From Thermodesulfobacteriota bacterium (GTDB lineage: Bacteria; Desulfobacterota_D; UBA1144; Nemesobacterales; JAJCZQ01), in contig CBDBDR010000017.1 in NCBI GenBank assembly GCA_965203965.1, positions 928,911-992,910 on the forward strand: a DNA stretch of 64,000 nt, read 5' to 3'. Of the stretch, positions 10,947 to 21,536 are shown in pieces (position 1 is the first letter of the stretch; the number at the start of each line of letters is the position of its first letter). Below the pieces are notes generated by a model, which saw nothing but the letters and a program-made list of their open reading frames with translations, was not told the origin of the DNA and did not search any database. Both the position numbers and the translations under genes were made by a program.

Positions 10947-11837
10947 CTAATTACTTATATCCGCCCTGACTGGCATCTGTAGATCATCAAGCATTTTAAG
11001 GTCTTCTTCAGGTGATCTTCCCGGTGTTGTTAGATAATTACCAAGTATCATTGCATTTGCACCTGCAACAAGACCCATTGCCTGAAGATCTCTCAGTGTT
11101 ACCTCTCGTCCCCCTGCCGTCATAATGATCTTATCGGGAAGCACCAACCTATAAATAGAGATCATCTTAACTGCATCAAATGGAGAGATTTTTTCGTAGC
11201 ACTCAAAAGGCGTTCCAGGTCGCGGATTAAGAAAATTGATAGGCACCCAAGTCGGATTTAAGTCTCTAATTTCATACGCAAATTCAACTCTTTGCCGAAT
11301 ACTTTCACCCATCCCGAGAATTCCACCCGAACAAAGGTGCATTCCGGCTTTCTTTACATATTTAGCCGTTTGTAATCTGTCATCATAAGCGTGCGTTGTG
11401 CAAACGTTTGGAAAATGGCTGCGGCAGGTTTCAATATTGTGGTTGTATCTCCATACGCCGTGGTTAGCCAAAGTGTCAGCTTGCTCTTCGGTCAACTCAC
11501 CCAGTGAACAGCCAACTTTTAGATTGGTTTTTTCAACAAGCATGTCAACGGCTTCAAGCACTTTCTTAAAAATTCTCGGTGTTGGCCCCTTTGCACTAAT
11601 CACTATACAAAAATCCATTGCCCCCATTTTCTCTGCCTGTCTAGCAGCAAGAAGTATTTTTTCAACCGCCATTAAAGGATGAGCTTCAACGTCAGTGTCA
11701 AAATGGGCAGATTGGGAGCAAAATGAGCAATCTTCGGGACAGTTTCCAGTTTGGGCGCTTATAATTGACCTCAGGAATACTCCGTCCCCCTTGTATTTCA
11801 AAGTTACTTTTCTGGCTAATGATATAAGATCGGGCAC
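10947..11837 (-). CDS. bioB: biotin synthase (radical SAM)
   Basis: CPEDCSFCSQS radical-SAM cluster motif plus BioB C-terminal motifs. The start here is a GTG; the in-frame upstream region up to ~11936 also looks BioB-like (see findings). Confidence 0.9.
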   Translation of the reverse strand: MPDLISLARKVTLKYKGDGVFLRSIISAQTGNCPEDCSFCSQSAHFDTDVEAHPLMAVEKILLAARQAEKMGAMDFCIVISAKGPTPRIFKKVLEAVDMLVEKTNLKVGCSLGELTEEQADTLANHGVWRYNHNIETCRSHFPNVCTTHAYDDRLQTAKYVKKAGMHLCSGGILGMGESIRQRVEFAYEIRDLNPTWVPINFLNPRPGTPFECYEKISPFDAVKMISIYRLVLPDKIIMTAGGREVTLRDLQAMGLVAGANAMILGNYLTTPGRSPEEDLKMLDDLQMPVRADISN

Positions 11838-12206
11838 TTCACTTTTGGAAAGTTCAGTGAGTTCTAGCGCCTCGTCAAAATTAATAGGTTCTTCCCTGTT
11901 TAAGAGTTTGTCTGAAATGGTTTCTAAAATACTAATTGTAGTGCCTCCAGTAAAAACTAAAGTGGTCTGATTTACAAAAAATCATGTTATTACTAAAATT
12001 CAAATTGCTTCATTGTATCACAAATTTTATACTTAGGATAGTAGTATAAACTGATAAATTTGCCGTTACTAAAAAATATCTATCACCAAGTATCATGCTT
12101 AATAACAAGATCATAATTCATACACCACTACTCATCAGAGATGACATCGTAGAGCCATTGCTATATAATTTTGGCTCTTCATATACTCATAATACTGGAG
12201 AGAAAT

Positions 12207-13679
12207 ATGAGTCGACTGAAAAAATATAATCCCTTCATAAATGGAAAAGATGTTAAGCCCTCAAGCGGTCAATATTTTACAAGAGAAAATCCCGCAACTG
12301 AAAAAGAGCTTGCACAAATTGCAGAAGGCAATGAAAAAGACGTGGATAAGGCTGTAACAGCAGCCCGAAAAGCATTTGCAGAATGGTCGGAAGTCTCTCC
12401 GTCTGAAAGATCAAAAATCTTATTGAAAATTGCAGATACTCTTAAAAAAAACCAAAAAAGACTTTCTTTGTTAAATAGCCTTGAAACGGGAAAACCTATC
12501 AGAGAAAGCAACCTTGTGGAGTTAGGAGGTTCAATCAAAACTCTTGAGTATTACTCAGGTGCTCATACACAATTAAACGGAGAAACCATACCGATCGGCA
12601 AAGATCAACTTTCAATGACCATAAAAGAGCCTGTAGGTGTCGTTGCGCATATAATCCCTTGGAATTTCCCGTTGTTATTATCCTTCTGGAAGATCGCACC
12701 TGCTCTTGTTGCAGGATGCACAATTGTTCTAAAACCTGCAGAGTTGACTTCTTGCACTATTGTTGAAGTAGCAAAGTTATGCTCAAAAGCAGGACTTCCC
12801 AACGGAGTTCTAAATATCGTTCCGGGAAAAGGTGAAGTGGCAGGTTCAGCTTTGGTACAACATCCTGACATAGATAAAGTGGCTTTTACAGGCTCCACGT
12901 CCGTGGGAAAACAGGTAATGAAATCTGCCTCAAACTCAATAAAGAGAGTTTCTCTGGAACTCGGAGGAAAAGCTCCCTGCATTATATTTGAGGACGCCGA
13001 TCTGGAAAACGCTTTGGAAGTATGTCTAAGAGGAGGATTTTTTAATCAAGGAGAAAACTGCACCGCGGTTACAAAACTGATACTTAACAAAAAAATATAT
13101 AAAAAATTCCTGAACCTATACGTTCAAAGGGCAAAGAAAATAAAAATCGGCGACCCCGTAAGACAGGATACAGAAATGGGAGCCGTTATATCAAAAGAGC
13201 ATTATGAAGCCGTTTTAGACTACATTGCCAAAGGAAAATCAGAAGGGGCAAAATTGGCAACAGGAGGAACCAAACCCGCAAATTTCAAAAAAGGCTATTA
13301 CATAAGTCCGACCATCTTAGAAAATGTTGATCCAAATGCAACGATAGCATGTGAGGAAATATTTGGACCTGTAGTTGCAGTAATACCATTCAGTGATGAA
13401 GATGAGGCTTTGGAGATCGCAAACAACACAGAATACGGACTCGCTGGCGGAATATGGACAAAAAACATTAACCGTGCAATAAGAGTAGCAAGATCCATGA
13501 AAGCTGGATATTTATGGGTAAACACTTATGGTGGAATCATTCCACAAACCCCCTACGGTGGTTTCAAGCAGAGCGGTATCGGCAAAGAACTTGGCAAAGA
13601 AGGAATTGAAAACTATCTGGAAACCAAAACGATTAATCTCTATACCGGTGATTCAATACCGAGGTGGTATGAAGGATAA
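12207..13679 (+). CDS. NAD(P)-dependent aldehyde dehydrogenase family protein
   Basis: ALDH superfamily motifs are present (ELGGKAP, EEIFGPV, catalytic Cys in GQGENCTA). Start chosen at ATG 12207 (MSRLKKYNPF), preceded by GGAGAG; the ORF track begins 36 nt earlier. Confidence 0.85.
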   Translation: MSRLKKYNPFINGKDVKPSSGQYFTRENPATEKELAQIAEGNEKDVDKAVTAARKAFAEWSEVSPSERSKILLKIADTLKKNQKRLSLLNSLETGKPIRESNLVELGGSIKTLEYYSGAHTQLNGETIPIGKDQLSMTIKEPVGVVAHIIPWNFPLLLSFWKIAPALVAGCTIVLKPAELTSCTIVEVAKLCSKAGLPNGVLNIVPGKGEVAGSALVQHPDIDKVAFTGSTSVGKQVMKSASNSIKRVSLELGGKAPCIIFEDADLENALEVCLRGGFFNQGENCTAVTKLILNKKIYKKFLNLYVQRAKKIKIGDPVRQDTEMGAVISKEHYEAVLDYIAKGKSEGAKLATGGTKPANFKKGYYISPTILENVDPNATIACEEIFGPVVAVIPFSDEDEALEIANNTEYGLAGGIWTKNINRAIRVARSMKAGYLWVNTYGGIIPQTPYGGFKQSGIGKELGKEGIENYLETKTINLYTGDSIPRWYEG

Positions 13680-13883
13680 AGGGTGCAATTTCATTTTAAT
13701 CCTGATTATTTTTTGAACTTGATATAGAGTTCATCATATCATCAAAATTGTTTGATGATGAATAATTACGATCAAGAACGTAAACAATACTAACAATTTA
13801 TTGCTTTTTTAACCTTGAATTATGAACAGCATAATGTATGCTGGCATATTTTGCTGTAATTATCTATTCAGTTTCATCTCAAA

Positions 13884-14825
13884 ATGGAAAATACAAGAAT
13901 ATTCAGCGGGACAGCAAACCAGCCTCTGGCTGAAGCTGTTTGTAAACACTTGAGAGTAAAGCTTGGCAAGTTGGAAGTGAGACGTTTCAGCGACGGGGAA
14001 GTATTTGCAGATATTTCAGAAAGCGTGAGAACAAAAGATACGTTCATTATCCAACCAACGTGTCCCCCTGTTAATGAAAACCTGATGGAACTTCTTATAA
14101 TCACAGATGCTCTTAAAAGAGCTTCCGCCGGTTCCATATATGCCGTTGTCCCCTACTACGGATATGGAAGACAAGATAGAAAAGTGTTGCCAAGGGCGCC
14201 CATTACCGCAAAGTTGGTAGCAGACGTTATTGTCGTGGCAGGAATAAGAAGGATGGTAACCGTGGATCTACACGCAGGACAGATACAGGGATTTTTCAAT
14301 GTTCCCGTGGATCATTTATACGGATTTCCAGTTTTAGTTAAATATCTACAAGAAAAATATAGCGATGAGGAAATTGTCATCGTTTCACCCGATGCTGGGG
14401 GTATGGAAAGAGCAAGAAAATATGCCAATGAGCTTGGTGCAAAACTTGCAATGGCAGATAAAAGAAGAACCGGTCCCAACATTGCCGAAATATCTTACGT
14501 AATAGGAGATGTTAAAGACAAAACCGCTATAATCGTTGACGATATAGTTGATACAGCGGGAACTGCTACACTGGCGGCAAAGATATTGATGGAAGAAGGA
14601 GCCAAAAAAGTATCACTGTGTTGCACTCATGGGGTTCTTTCTGGGCAGGCAATTGACAGGATCAACAATTCACACTTTGATGAGGTCATAATAACCGATT
14701 CCATTCCACAGCAGGAAAACAAAAAAAAGTGTAAAAAGATAAAGGTTCTCGGACTTGCTGGTTTGCTTGGAGAATCAATCAAAAGAATATCATCAGGTGA
14801 GTCAATTAGTTCACTGTTTAATTAA
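13884..14825 (+). CDS. prs: ribose-phosphate pyrophosphokinase
   Basis: Full-length Prs match (IFSGTANQPLAEAV, VVPYYGYGRQDRK, DIVDTAGT). Confidence 0.95.
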   Translation: MENTRIFSGTANQPLAEAVCKHLRVKLGKLEVRRFSDGEVFADISESVRTKDTFIIQPTCPPVNENLMELLIITDALKRASAGSIYAVVPYYGYGRQDRKVLPRAPITAKLVADVIVVAGIRRMVTVDLHAGQIQGFFNVPVDHLYGFPVLVKYLQEKYSDEEIVIVSPDAGGMERARKYANELGAKLAMADKRRTGPNIAEISYVIGDVKDKTAIIVDDIVDTAGTATLAAKILMEEGAKKVSLCCTHGVLSGQAIDRINNSHFDEVIITDSIPQQENKKKCKKIKVLGLAGLLGESIKRISSGESISSLFN

Positions 14826-14835
14826 GGAGTTACAA

Positions 14836-15477
14836 ATGGCAAGAAGCACGTTAAAAGTTAAAAAAAGGGTAAGGCTTGGCAAAACAGGTTCAAATCAGGT
14901 CAGAAAAGAAGGGAAAATACCAGCCGTCATATACGGTAAGGGAGAAGAGTCAATTCCACTGATAATTGATCCGGTTGAATTAAAGGAATCTCTTGATACG
15001 ACTTCTGGGAGGAACACTCTACTTGATATTGAAATCGAATCTGATGGAAAAAAGATCAACAGATTAAGCTTGTTAAAAGACATACAAATTGATTACTTGA
15101 CACAAAAGCCAATTCATCTTGATTTTCAAGTAATAAACACCCAAGAGAAAATTGCAGTGAACATACCGATAAAATTGACTGGACGTGCTCAAGGGATCAA
15201 AGAAGGAGGCATATTAGAGCAGAATATAAGGGATATAAACATTGAATGCCTCCCTGAAAACATACCGGATTTCATTGAATTTGATATATCGGAACTGCAA
15301 TTGGGGGGAGTCGTTCATATTAGAGACATAGAACTACCGGAAGGAATTGAAACATTAGTCAGTCCCGATAGTCTAGTAGCAAGTGTTCAGACGCCAAGAG
15401 CAATGGTTACAGATGCTTCTTCAAAGCAAGATCAAGTGGAAGAAGGAGAAGAAGAAACAGTAAGCGAATCAGATTAA
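14836..15477 (+). CDS. rplY: 50S ribosomal protein L25 / general stress protein Ctc
   Basis: L25/Ctc family with an acidic C-terminal tail. Start at ATG 14836 after AAGGAG; the ORF track N-terminus overlaps prs and is unlikely. Confidence 0.85.
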   Translation: MARSTLKVKKRVRLGKTGSNQVRKEGKIPAVIYGKGEESIPLIIDPVELKESLDTTSGRNTLLDIEIESDGKKINRLSLLKDIQIDYLTQKPIHLDFQVINTQEKIAVNIPIKLTGRAQGIKEGGILEQNIRDINIECLPENIPDFIEFDISELQLGGVVHIRDIELPEGIETLVSPDSLVASVQTPRAMVTDASSKQDQVEEGEEETVSESD

Positions 15478-15503
15478 GCCAAAATAATGACAAAGGTTAA
15501 TTA

Positions 15504-16100
15504 ATGGATTTTCTAATAGTTGGTGTTGGAAATCCCGGGGAAAAATATAAAGTAACAAGACATAACATTGGTTTTATAGTGCTTGACAGTTTTTCAGTAA
15601 AAATTGGAATACAAATTTCACAATCAGGGTTCAAAGGTTTATATGGAAAAGGTGAGTATCTGAACAATACACTTTATCTTTTAAAACCTCTAACATTCAT
15701 GAACAAAAGTGGTGAATCAGTAAAAGAAATGAAAAATTTTTATAAAATTCCTTCAAAACAGATGATAATAGTTCATGACGAACTGGACATCAGTTTTGGA
15801 GATATGAAAATTAAAGCAGGCGGAGGATTTGCTGGTCATAATGGACTTGATTCCATAAAAGCCTGCACTGGCGATTCGGATTTTTTAAGGGTACGAATTG
15901 GTATTGGCAAACCGGATAGAAAAAGTAAAACTGTCAAGCATGTACTATCCTCTTTCGATAAGCAGGAAAAGATATTGTTAAATGAAACGATTGAAAAAGC
16001 ATCGGATGCTATCATTGAAATAATTTCCAACGGTGCATACAGCGCAATGAACAAATACAACCAAAATATACAAAACATTCAAGGAGGAGTTTTTAGATGA
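15504..16100 (+). CDS. pth: peptidyl-tRNA hydrolase
   Basis: Carries the Pth signature [24 protein letters not shown] and follows prs-rplY as in many bacteria. Confidence 0.9.
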   Translation: MDFLIVGVGNPGEKYKVTRHNIGFIVLDSFSVKIGIQISQSGFKGLYGKGEYLNNTLYLLKPLTFMNKSGESVKEMKNFYKIPSKQMIIVHDELDISFGDMKIKAGGGFAGHNGLDSIKACTGDSDFLRVRIGIGKPDRKSKTVKHVLSSFDKQEKILLNETIEKASDAIIEIISNGAYSAMNKYNQNIQNIQGGVFR

Positions 16101-18154
16101 GCGAGATAGGTCATATATTCGCTGGTTATGCGGGAATTCTGGTGGGAATTATAGTATTAGTTTATGCTTTTCTGGTTTACAGAAACATAAAAAGTATGCC
16201 CGAAGGCAGCGATACAATGCAGGAGATTGCATCTGCAATTCGTGAGGGAGCAATGGTATTTCTAAAGAGAGAATACAAGATCATAGCAATATTTGTTGCA
16301 GTGATCTTTATATTACTCGGAGTTTCAATCAGTTTTTCCACCGCATTTGCTTATTTGGGTGGAGCAGCGTGTTCCATACTGGCTGGGTTTTTTGGTATGA
16401 AGTCAGCAACAATAGCAAACGTGAGAACTGCACATGCAGCGTCCACGGAAGGACAAGGACGGGCTCTTGAAGTTGCGTTCAAGGGGGGCAATGTAATGGG
16501 GTTGTCGGTGGCTGGTCTAGGACTTCTTGGAATATCAGTTGCATTTCTTCTCGGGATCACTACTCAAGAAATACCTGAAGAGGCAAGCAAATTTACGGCT
16601 TTTCTTATAGAGTTTGGAGGAATGATCGGCGGATTTGCCATGGGAGCAAGCACTGTGGCTCTGTTTGCAAGAATTGGTGGTGGTATATACACCAAGGGCG
16701 CAGACGTTGGAGCAGACCTTGTTGGAAAAGTAGAGGCTGGAATTCCCGAAGACGACCCGAGAAATCCTGCAACAATCGCTGACAATGTCGGTGACAACGT
16801 TGGTGACGTTGCCGGGATGGGAGCTGATCTTTTTGAATCTTACGTGGGTGCTGTTATTGCTACTATTGTAATCGCCGCGAGCATGGGAGAAAATCAGGTT
16901 TCACTAATGGCAATTCCCGTGATCTTGATCACTATTGGCAGCCTTTCATCTCTTATCGGTACAAAGTCCGTTGAATGGTTCAAGAATCTTGAACCTCAAC
17001 TTGTGCTGCGGAGAGCAACTTTGTATTCTGGTATTTCCTACGTTGTGCTTTCATTGTTGATACTTCTGATAACGGCAGGTTTGGATGACATTGGTCTGAG
17101 ACAAATACTCGGGATCTACGGTGCCTCTGTACTTGGTCTTGCAGCAGGCATACTGATTGGAAGAATTACTGAATACTACACCTCAGGCTCACCCATAAAA
17201 AAGATCGCAAATGCTTCCCAGACAGGAGTTGCAACGAACATTATAGAAGGGCTTTCAGTTGGTATGATCAGCACTACGGCTCCTGTGGTCACAATTGCCG
17301 TGGCAATTGGTATTTCACATCTCTTCGCCGGTCTATACGGAATCGGTATAGCAGCAGTGAGTATGCTCGCAACTATTGGAATAACCATGTCAGTGGATGC
17401 GTATGGACCAGTTGCCGACAACGCCGGTGGGATTACGGAAATGTCAGAACTGGGTGAAGATGTGAGAAAAATCACCGACAAGTTGGACTCTCTAGGAAAC
17501 ACAACGGCCGCTATAGGCAAGGGATTTGCCATAGGTTCCGCAGCACTTGCCGCACTTGCACTTTTCGCTGCTTATGTAAATGCTGTCGGGCTGGAGTCAA
17601 TAGATATAACAAACAGCAAAGTTGTTGCTGGTATGCTCATCGGTGGCACTATACCGTTTTTACTCGCTGCACTCACAATGGGCGCAGTTGGAAGAACCGC
17701 ACAGAAAATGGTTGAAGAGGTCAGGAGACAATTCAGAGAAATAAGTGGATTGCTTGAAGGCAATGCAAAAGCAGATTATGCGAGTTGCGTGGCAATAAGC
17801 ACAGATGCCTCCCTCAGAGAGATGGTAATACCCGGTATCATAGCGGTAATCGCACCGCTGATCATAGGTTCAATACTTGGACCTGAGGCTTTGGGTGGAT
17901 TTCTGGCTGGAGCAGTGGTTTCAGGTGTGATGCTGGCACTGATGATGGCTAATTCCGGCGGTGCATGGGACAACGCCAAGAAATATATTGAAGAGGGAAA
18001 CCTTGGTGGTAAAGGATCCGAAGCCCATAAAGCAGCGGTAGTAGGTGATACGATCGGTGACCCCTTTAAAGATACATCAGGACCAGCTATGAACATTCTT
18101 ATTAAGCTCATGTCCATTGTGTCACTTGTAGTCGCACCCTTACTTTTAACTTGA
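16097..18154 (+). CDS. hppA: membrane-bound H+/Na+-translocating pyrophosphatase
   Basis: [19 protein letters not shown] and [21 protein letters not shown] signatures in a 685 aa polytopic protein. Its start overlaps the pth stop in an ATGA. Confidence 0.9.
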   Translation: MSEIGHIFAGYAGILVGIIVLVYAFLVYRNIKSMPEGSDTMQEIASAIREGAMVFLKREYKIIAIFVAVIFILLGVSISFSTAFAYLGGAACSILAGFFGMKSATIANVRTAHAASTEGQGRALEVAFKGGNVMGLSVAGLGLLGISVAFLLGITTQEIPEEASKFTAFLIEFGGMIGGFAMGASTVALFARIGGGIYTKGADVGADLVGKVEAGIPEDDPRNPATIADNVGDNVGDVAGMGADLFESYVGAVIATIVIAASMGENQVSLMAIPVILITIGSLSSLIGTKSVEWFKNLEPQLVLRRATLYSGISYVVLSLLILLITAGLDDIGLRQILGIYGASVLGLAAGILIGRITEYYTSGSPIKKIANASQTGVATNIIEGLSVGMISTTAPVVTIAVAIGISHLFAGLYGIGIAAVSMLATIGITMSVDAYGPVADNAGGITEMSELGEDVRKITDKLDSLGNTTAAIGKGFAIGSAALAALALFAAYVNAVGLESIDITNSKVVAGMLIGGTIPFLLAALTMGAVGRTAQKMVEEVRRQFREISGLLEGNAKADYASCVAISTDASLREMVIPGIIAVIAPLIIGSILGPEALGGFLAGAVVSGVMLALMMANSGGAWDNAKKYIEEGNLGGKGSEAHKAAVVGDTIGDPFKDTSGPAMNILIKLMSIVSLVVAPLLLT

Positions 18155-18283
18155 ACTAGTAAAAAGTAAGATTTTATTATAATTTATAATTAAAATGTGT
18201 TAGTGTTGTAATATTTATTAGCTGTCAACTTGTCACTCTGAGCTTTGCTCAAGGTCAATAGTCCAAGACAGGAGGTAATTTAA

Positions 18284-18655
18284 ATGGCAGTAAAGCAAAG
18301 AAATTATGAAACTTTGTATCTGGTCAGACCAGATGTCGGTAATGATGAACTATCCTCATTACAGGAAAAGATCGTAAACTCAATCATTTCCAATCAGGGT
18401 GAGATCCAGAAAAATGAAAAATGGTCGGAAAGGCAACTCGCATATCCCATAAATAAATACAAAAATGGATATTACTATATACTGACGTATAAAGCTCTTC
18501 CGAAAGTTGTCTCTGACATAGAAAAACTTTTAACGCTAAACAGAACAGACGTTCTAAGATTTATGACAGTTTTGAACGAAGAAACGGATCAGAACCCGGA
18601 AGAAACAACACCGGTCAGCAGTGAAAATACTGAGTCCACGGGAGGCGAAATATAA
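18284..18655 (+). CDS. rpsF: 30S ribosomal protein S6
   Basis: S6 family N-terminus ([10 protein letters not shown]). Confidence 0.9.
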   Translation: MAVKQRNYETLYLVRPDVGNDELSSLQEKIVNSIISNQGEIQKNEKWSERQLAYPINKYKNGYYYILTYKALPKVVSDIEKLLTLNRTDVLRFMTVLNEETDQNPEETTPVSSENTESTGGEI

Positions 18656-18897
18656 TGAGCCAAAATCAACCGGATAGAAGATACTCTATGAGGAAACGAA
18701 GGGTTCGTAATCTAGCCAAAGAGGGAAAGAAAATTGATTATAAAGACGTTGATTTGCTATCACAATTCATCACCGAAAGAAAAAAAGTCATGTCCAGAAG
18801 AAACACCGGTTTGAATGCAAAAGAGCAGAGAAAGATATCACAGGCAATAAAGCGTGCCCGGTTCATGGCACTGTTACCTTATACAGTTTTGCACTGA
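18655..18897 (+). CDS. rpsR: 30S ribosomal protein S18
   Basis: S18 core ([49 protein letters not shown]). Confidence 0.9.
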   Translation: MSQNQPDRRYSMRKRRVRNLAKEGKKIDYKDVDLLSQFITERKKVMSRRNTGLNAKEQRKISQAIKRARFMALLPYTVLH

Positions 18898-18912
18898 CAA
18901 TCGGAGGATACT

Positions 18913-19371
18913 ATGAAAGTGCTTTTTATAGAGAACGTTGAAAATGTGGGTAAAAGGGGAGAGATAAAGGAAGTCAAGAATGGATTTGCAAGAAATTATC
19001 TTCTGCCAAAGAATTTTGCGTTGATAGCCACAAACAGTAACATAAAATCATGGGAAAAGAGACTAAATACACTTAAACTGCATGACGCAAAAATATTTGA
19101 AGATGCACAGGTAATTGCAACCTCCCTGAATGGCACGACGATCACCATTTTAGTTAAAGCAGGTGAAGAGGGTAAATTGTTCGGCTCGGTAAGCTCTCAA
19201 AACATAGCAGATTCTCTGGACGAAAAAGGGTTCAAGATATCCAGAAAAGATATTCAACTCGAGGAGCCAATAAAACAGCTTGGAGAATACAGCATTGCTA
19301 TCAAAGTGCACCCCGAAGTAAACGCAAAAATAGTTCTTCATGTTGTTAGGGAAGACGAAGATAAGAATTAA
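18913..19371 (+). CDS. rplI: 50S ribosomal protein L9
   Basis: L9 N-terminal domain MKVLFIENVENVGKRGEIKEVKNGFARNYLLP. Confidence 0.9.
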   Translation: MKVLFIENVENVGKRGEIKEVKNGFARNYLLPKNFALIATNSNIKSWEKRLNTLKLHDAKIFEDAQVIATSLNGTTITILVKAGEEGKLFGSVSSQNIADSLDEKGFKISRKDIQLEEPIKQLGEYSIAIKVHPEVNAKIVLHVVREDEDKN

Positions 19372-19523
19372 ACGGGCTTTAAAATCAGAGACATTCTTAC
19401 TATTCACGGGGTATTTCTTCTATACTTTTAGAGTTGCTGTTTGAACCTACTTCCCCAGTGTTGAACTAATATTGAGGTATGATAGATTAATTTTGTTTTT
19501 CAATTATCCGGAGGAATAATTCA

Positions 19524-20327
19524 ATGTCAGATAATAAAACAGTCTTTGCTCCAGTCGGTGAAAAAGAAGTAACACGTGCAATAGTAGAAGGATTTGCAAA
19601 CGAATTTAACGATTATATTGAAAGTGACGTAATTATCGTAGGAGCAGGTCCAAGTGGACTGGTAGCAGCTAAAGATATAGCTAAAAAAAAGTATAAAGTT
19701 TTACTTGTGGAAAGAATGAACTATCTGGGAGGAGGTTTCTGGATTGGAGGATATCTGATGAATAAAGTTACCGTCAGGGCACCCGGTCAGACCGTTCTGG
19801 ATGAGATTGAAGTTCCTTATGAAGAAGTTTCAGATGGACTGTTTGTTTCAGACGGTCCCTACGCGTGTTCAAAATTAATTGCAACGGCATGTGAGGCTGG
19901 CGCCAAGATAAGAAACATGACTATGTTTGATGACCTTGTTTACAGAGAAAACGGAAGAGTTGCCGGAGTAGTTATAAACTGGACACCTATTGCAAACATG
20001 CCAAAAGAGATAACCTGCCTTGATCCAATAGCGATTGAATCCAAGTTGGTAATCGATGCAACTGGTCACGACGCCTATCTTGTATCGCGTCTTTCCCAGC
20101 AGGGTCTTTATAAAAAGCTTCCCGGTCATGGCTCCATGTGGGTTGAAAAATCCGAAGAAGCATTGGTTGAATACACTGGTGAAGTACATCCCGGTTTAAT
20201 AGCATGTGGAATGTCTGTAAATACAACTTATGGACTGCCTAGAATGGGACCCACTTTTGGCGGAATGCTTCTATCGGGGAAAAAAGCTGCCGAGGTGGCA
20301 ATTGATATTCTCAAGGAAATGGATTAA
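19524..20327 (+). CDS. thi4: Thi4-family thiazole synthase (archaeal/eukaryotic type)
   Basis: FAD/NAD dinucleotide-binding motif (IVGAGPSGL) within a Thi4/THI1 fold of ~265 aa. This is the archaeal/eukaryotic-type thiazole synthase, not the bacterial ThiG/ThiO route. Confidence 0.8.
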   Translation: MSDNKTVFAPVGEKEVTRAIVEGFANEFNDYIESDVIIVGAGPSGLVAAKDIAKKKYKVLLVERMNYLGGGFWIGGYLMNKVTVRAPGQTVLDEIEVPYEEVSDGLFVSDGPYACSKLIATACEAGAKIRNMTMFDDLVYRENGRVAGVVINWTPIANMPKEITCLDPIAIESKLVIDATGHDAYLVSRLSQQGLYKKLPGHGSMWVEKSEEALVEYTGEVHPGLIACGMSVNTTYGLPRMGPTFGGMLLSGKKAAEVAIDILKEMD

Positions 20328-21076
20328 TTTCCGTCAAAGAGCAACCTGCACTTATCACATAAAACGGCTTTATATTGTAAATTCAACACCTCTTCCTGCC
20401 AGTGTGAATTATAGAGGCAGCACTCTGTATTTTCACAAAAAGGATTACCATCAATTCTACTCTTGACTTGTTGAAGAGCATAGGAGCAAACGATACTTGT
20501 TATCCTGTCGTCATCATAACGGACAAAACTATCCTTATAAATTTCATTCAATTCGTCGAGTTCTTTACCCATACTGACGAGATTAGCCTTTACATAATAG
20601 TATTCTTTTAGCTTTGCCGGTGCCTCAACTATCCCGGAAGTAGATATAAGCGATGGATCACCGGTCAACAAAACCCTTGCATGATATCTTTTATCTCCAT
20701 AAGTGCCAAACAACTTTCCAGTTATAACTAAATGTAAATTTTCATCAGAAAAGTCCACACTTTCATATCTGGACATATACGAAAACAATTTTCTCTGAAG
20801 CCAATTACCGTCCAGAAAGTCAGTTTTAAAGTTAAAATCTACCCTTGCATTAACACCATTGCTTCTGGGCTCTTCTAAAGGTTTTTCCACATCCCTTATT
20901 TTTATAGTTTCCAGATAGCTTTTAAATTCAACTAACCCTTGCTCATCCAACTGTAAATAATTAAAAAGATCGCCCCTGTGTTTTAGTCTAAAATCAAAAA
21001 CGGATAAAAAGGAGATCAATTGATCTATATCAAAAGATCCTGGCAGAGTATCAGTATAAAGAAATATCCTAACCAT
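20324..21076 (-). CDS. hypothetical protein; C-terminus carries an archaemetzincin (M54)-like Cys4 zinc-ribbon but lacks the HExxH catalytic motif
   Basis: C-terminal [34 protein letters not shown] fits the G-x3-C-x4-C-x-M-x17-C-xx-C portion of the archaemetzincin signature. The preceding HExxHxx positions read QVKSRID instead. Its start overlaps the RidA gene by 8 nt. Confidence 0.6.
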   Translation of the reverse strand: MVRIFLYTDTLPGSFDIDQLISFLSVFDFRLKHRGDLFNYLQLDEQGLVEFKSYLETIKIRDVEKPLEEPRSNGVNARVDFNFKTDFLDGNWLQRKLFSYMSRYESVDFSDENLHLVITGKLFGTYGDKRYHARVLLTGDPSLISTSGIVEAPAKLKEYYYVKANLVSMGKELDELNEIYKDSFVRYDDDRITSIVCSYALQQVKSRIDGNPFCENTECCLYNSHWQEEVLNLQYKAVLCDKCRLLFDGN

Positions 21077-21530
21077 TAAGCTCAGCTATTATTTCCACCT
21101 CAACCGGGGAATTCATCGGAAGTTCCGACACACCCGTTACAGCTCGGGCATGTATACCTTTCTCTCCAAACACCTCATAATACAGGTCGGAAGCTCCGTT
21201 TACCACGGTTGCCTGAGCATGAAAGCCCTTTGAGCTTGCAATGTAGCCGGTAACTTTAACTATCCGCTCAACCTTGTTTAAATCTCCTATCTCGCTCTTT
21301 ATCACACTTAGAGAATTAATAGCACACTGTCTTGATGCTTTGACCGCTTGCTTCAATGACACATCATGTTCAACCTTACCTTCAAAAAGCAATTTCCCGT
21401 CCTTAATTGGTAGCTGACCCGATACAAAAAGCAGATTGCCTGAAATAACGGATGGTCTGTAAGAACCAAGAGGTTTTGGAGGGTCTTTTAGAACAATTCC
21501 AAGTGATCTCAACTTGTTCTCAATACTCAC
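21069..21530 (-). CDS. ridA: RidA/YjgF family reactive-intermediate deaminase
   Basis: YjgF/chorismate-mutase-like family; 153 aa; PSVISGNLLFVSGQ and ARAVTGVSELPMNSPVEVE. Confidence 0.8.
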   Translation of the reverse strand: MSIENKLRSLGIVLKDPPKPLGSYRPSVISGNLLFVSGQLPIKDGKLLFEGKVEHDVSLKQAVKASRQCAINSLSVIKSEIGDLNKVERIVKVTGYIASSKGFHAQATVVNGASDLYYEVFGEKGIHARAVTGVSELPMNSPVEVEIIAELNG

Positions 21531-21536
21531 AATAAA

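Noticed and set aside
13700-13745. Imperfect inverted repeat TTCATCATATCATCAAA...TTTGATGATGAA between the ALDH gene and prs
   Set aside because: AT-only stem with a 2 nt bulge and no following T-tract; cannot distinguish an operator from chance in AT-rich DNA.
16351-18117. Series of antisense ORFs (16351-16560, 16564-16797, 17176-17532, 17572-17763, 17776-18117) inside hppA
   Set aside because: Typical shadow ORFs of a Gly/Ala-rich membrane protein gene (Pro/Ala/Ser-rich antisense frames); hppA is unambiguous.
19395-19460. Possible TPP riboswitch upstream of the thi4 thiazole synthase gene: a CACGGGG...CCCCAGTG helix enclosing GGGGUAUU, UUAGAG and UUUGAACCU elements
   Set aside because: Only about 56 nt lie between the putative P1 arms. 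The conserved CUGAGA box is imperfect and the pyrophosphate-sensing arm (CCAGCGUAGGGA-like P4/P5) is absent. Too degenerate to call; a covariance-model search (Rfam RF00059) would be needed to revive it.
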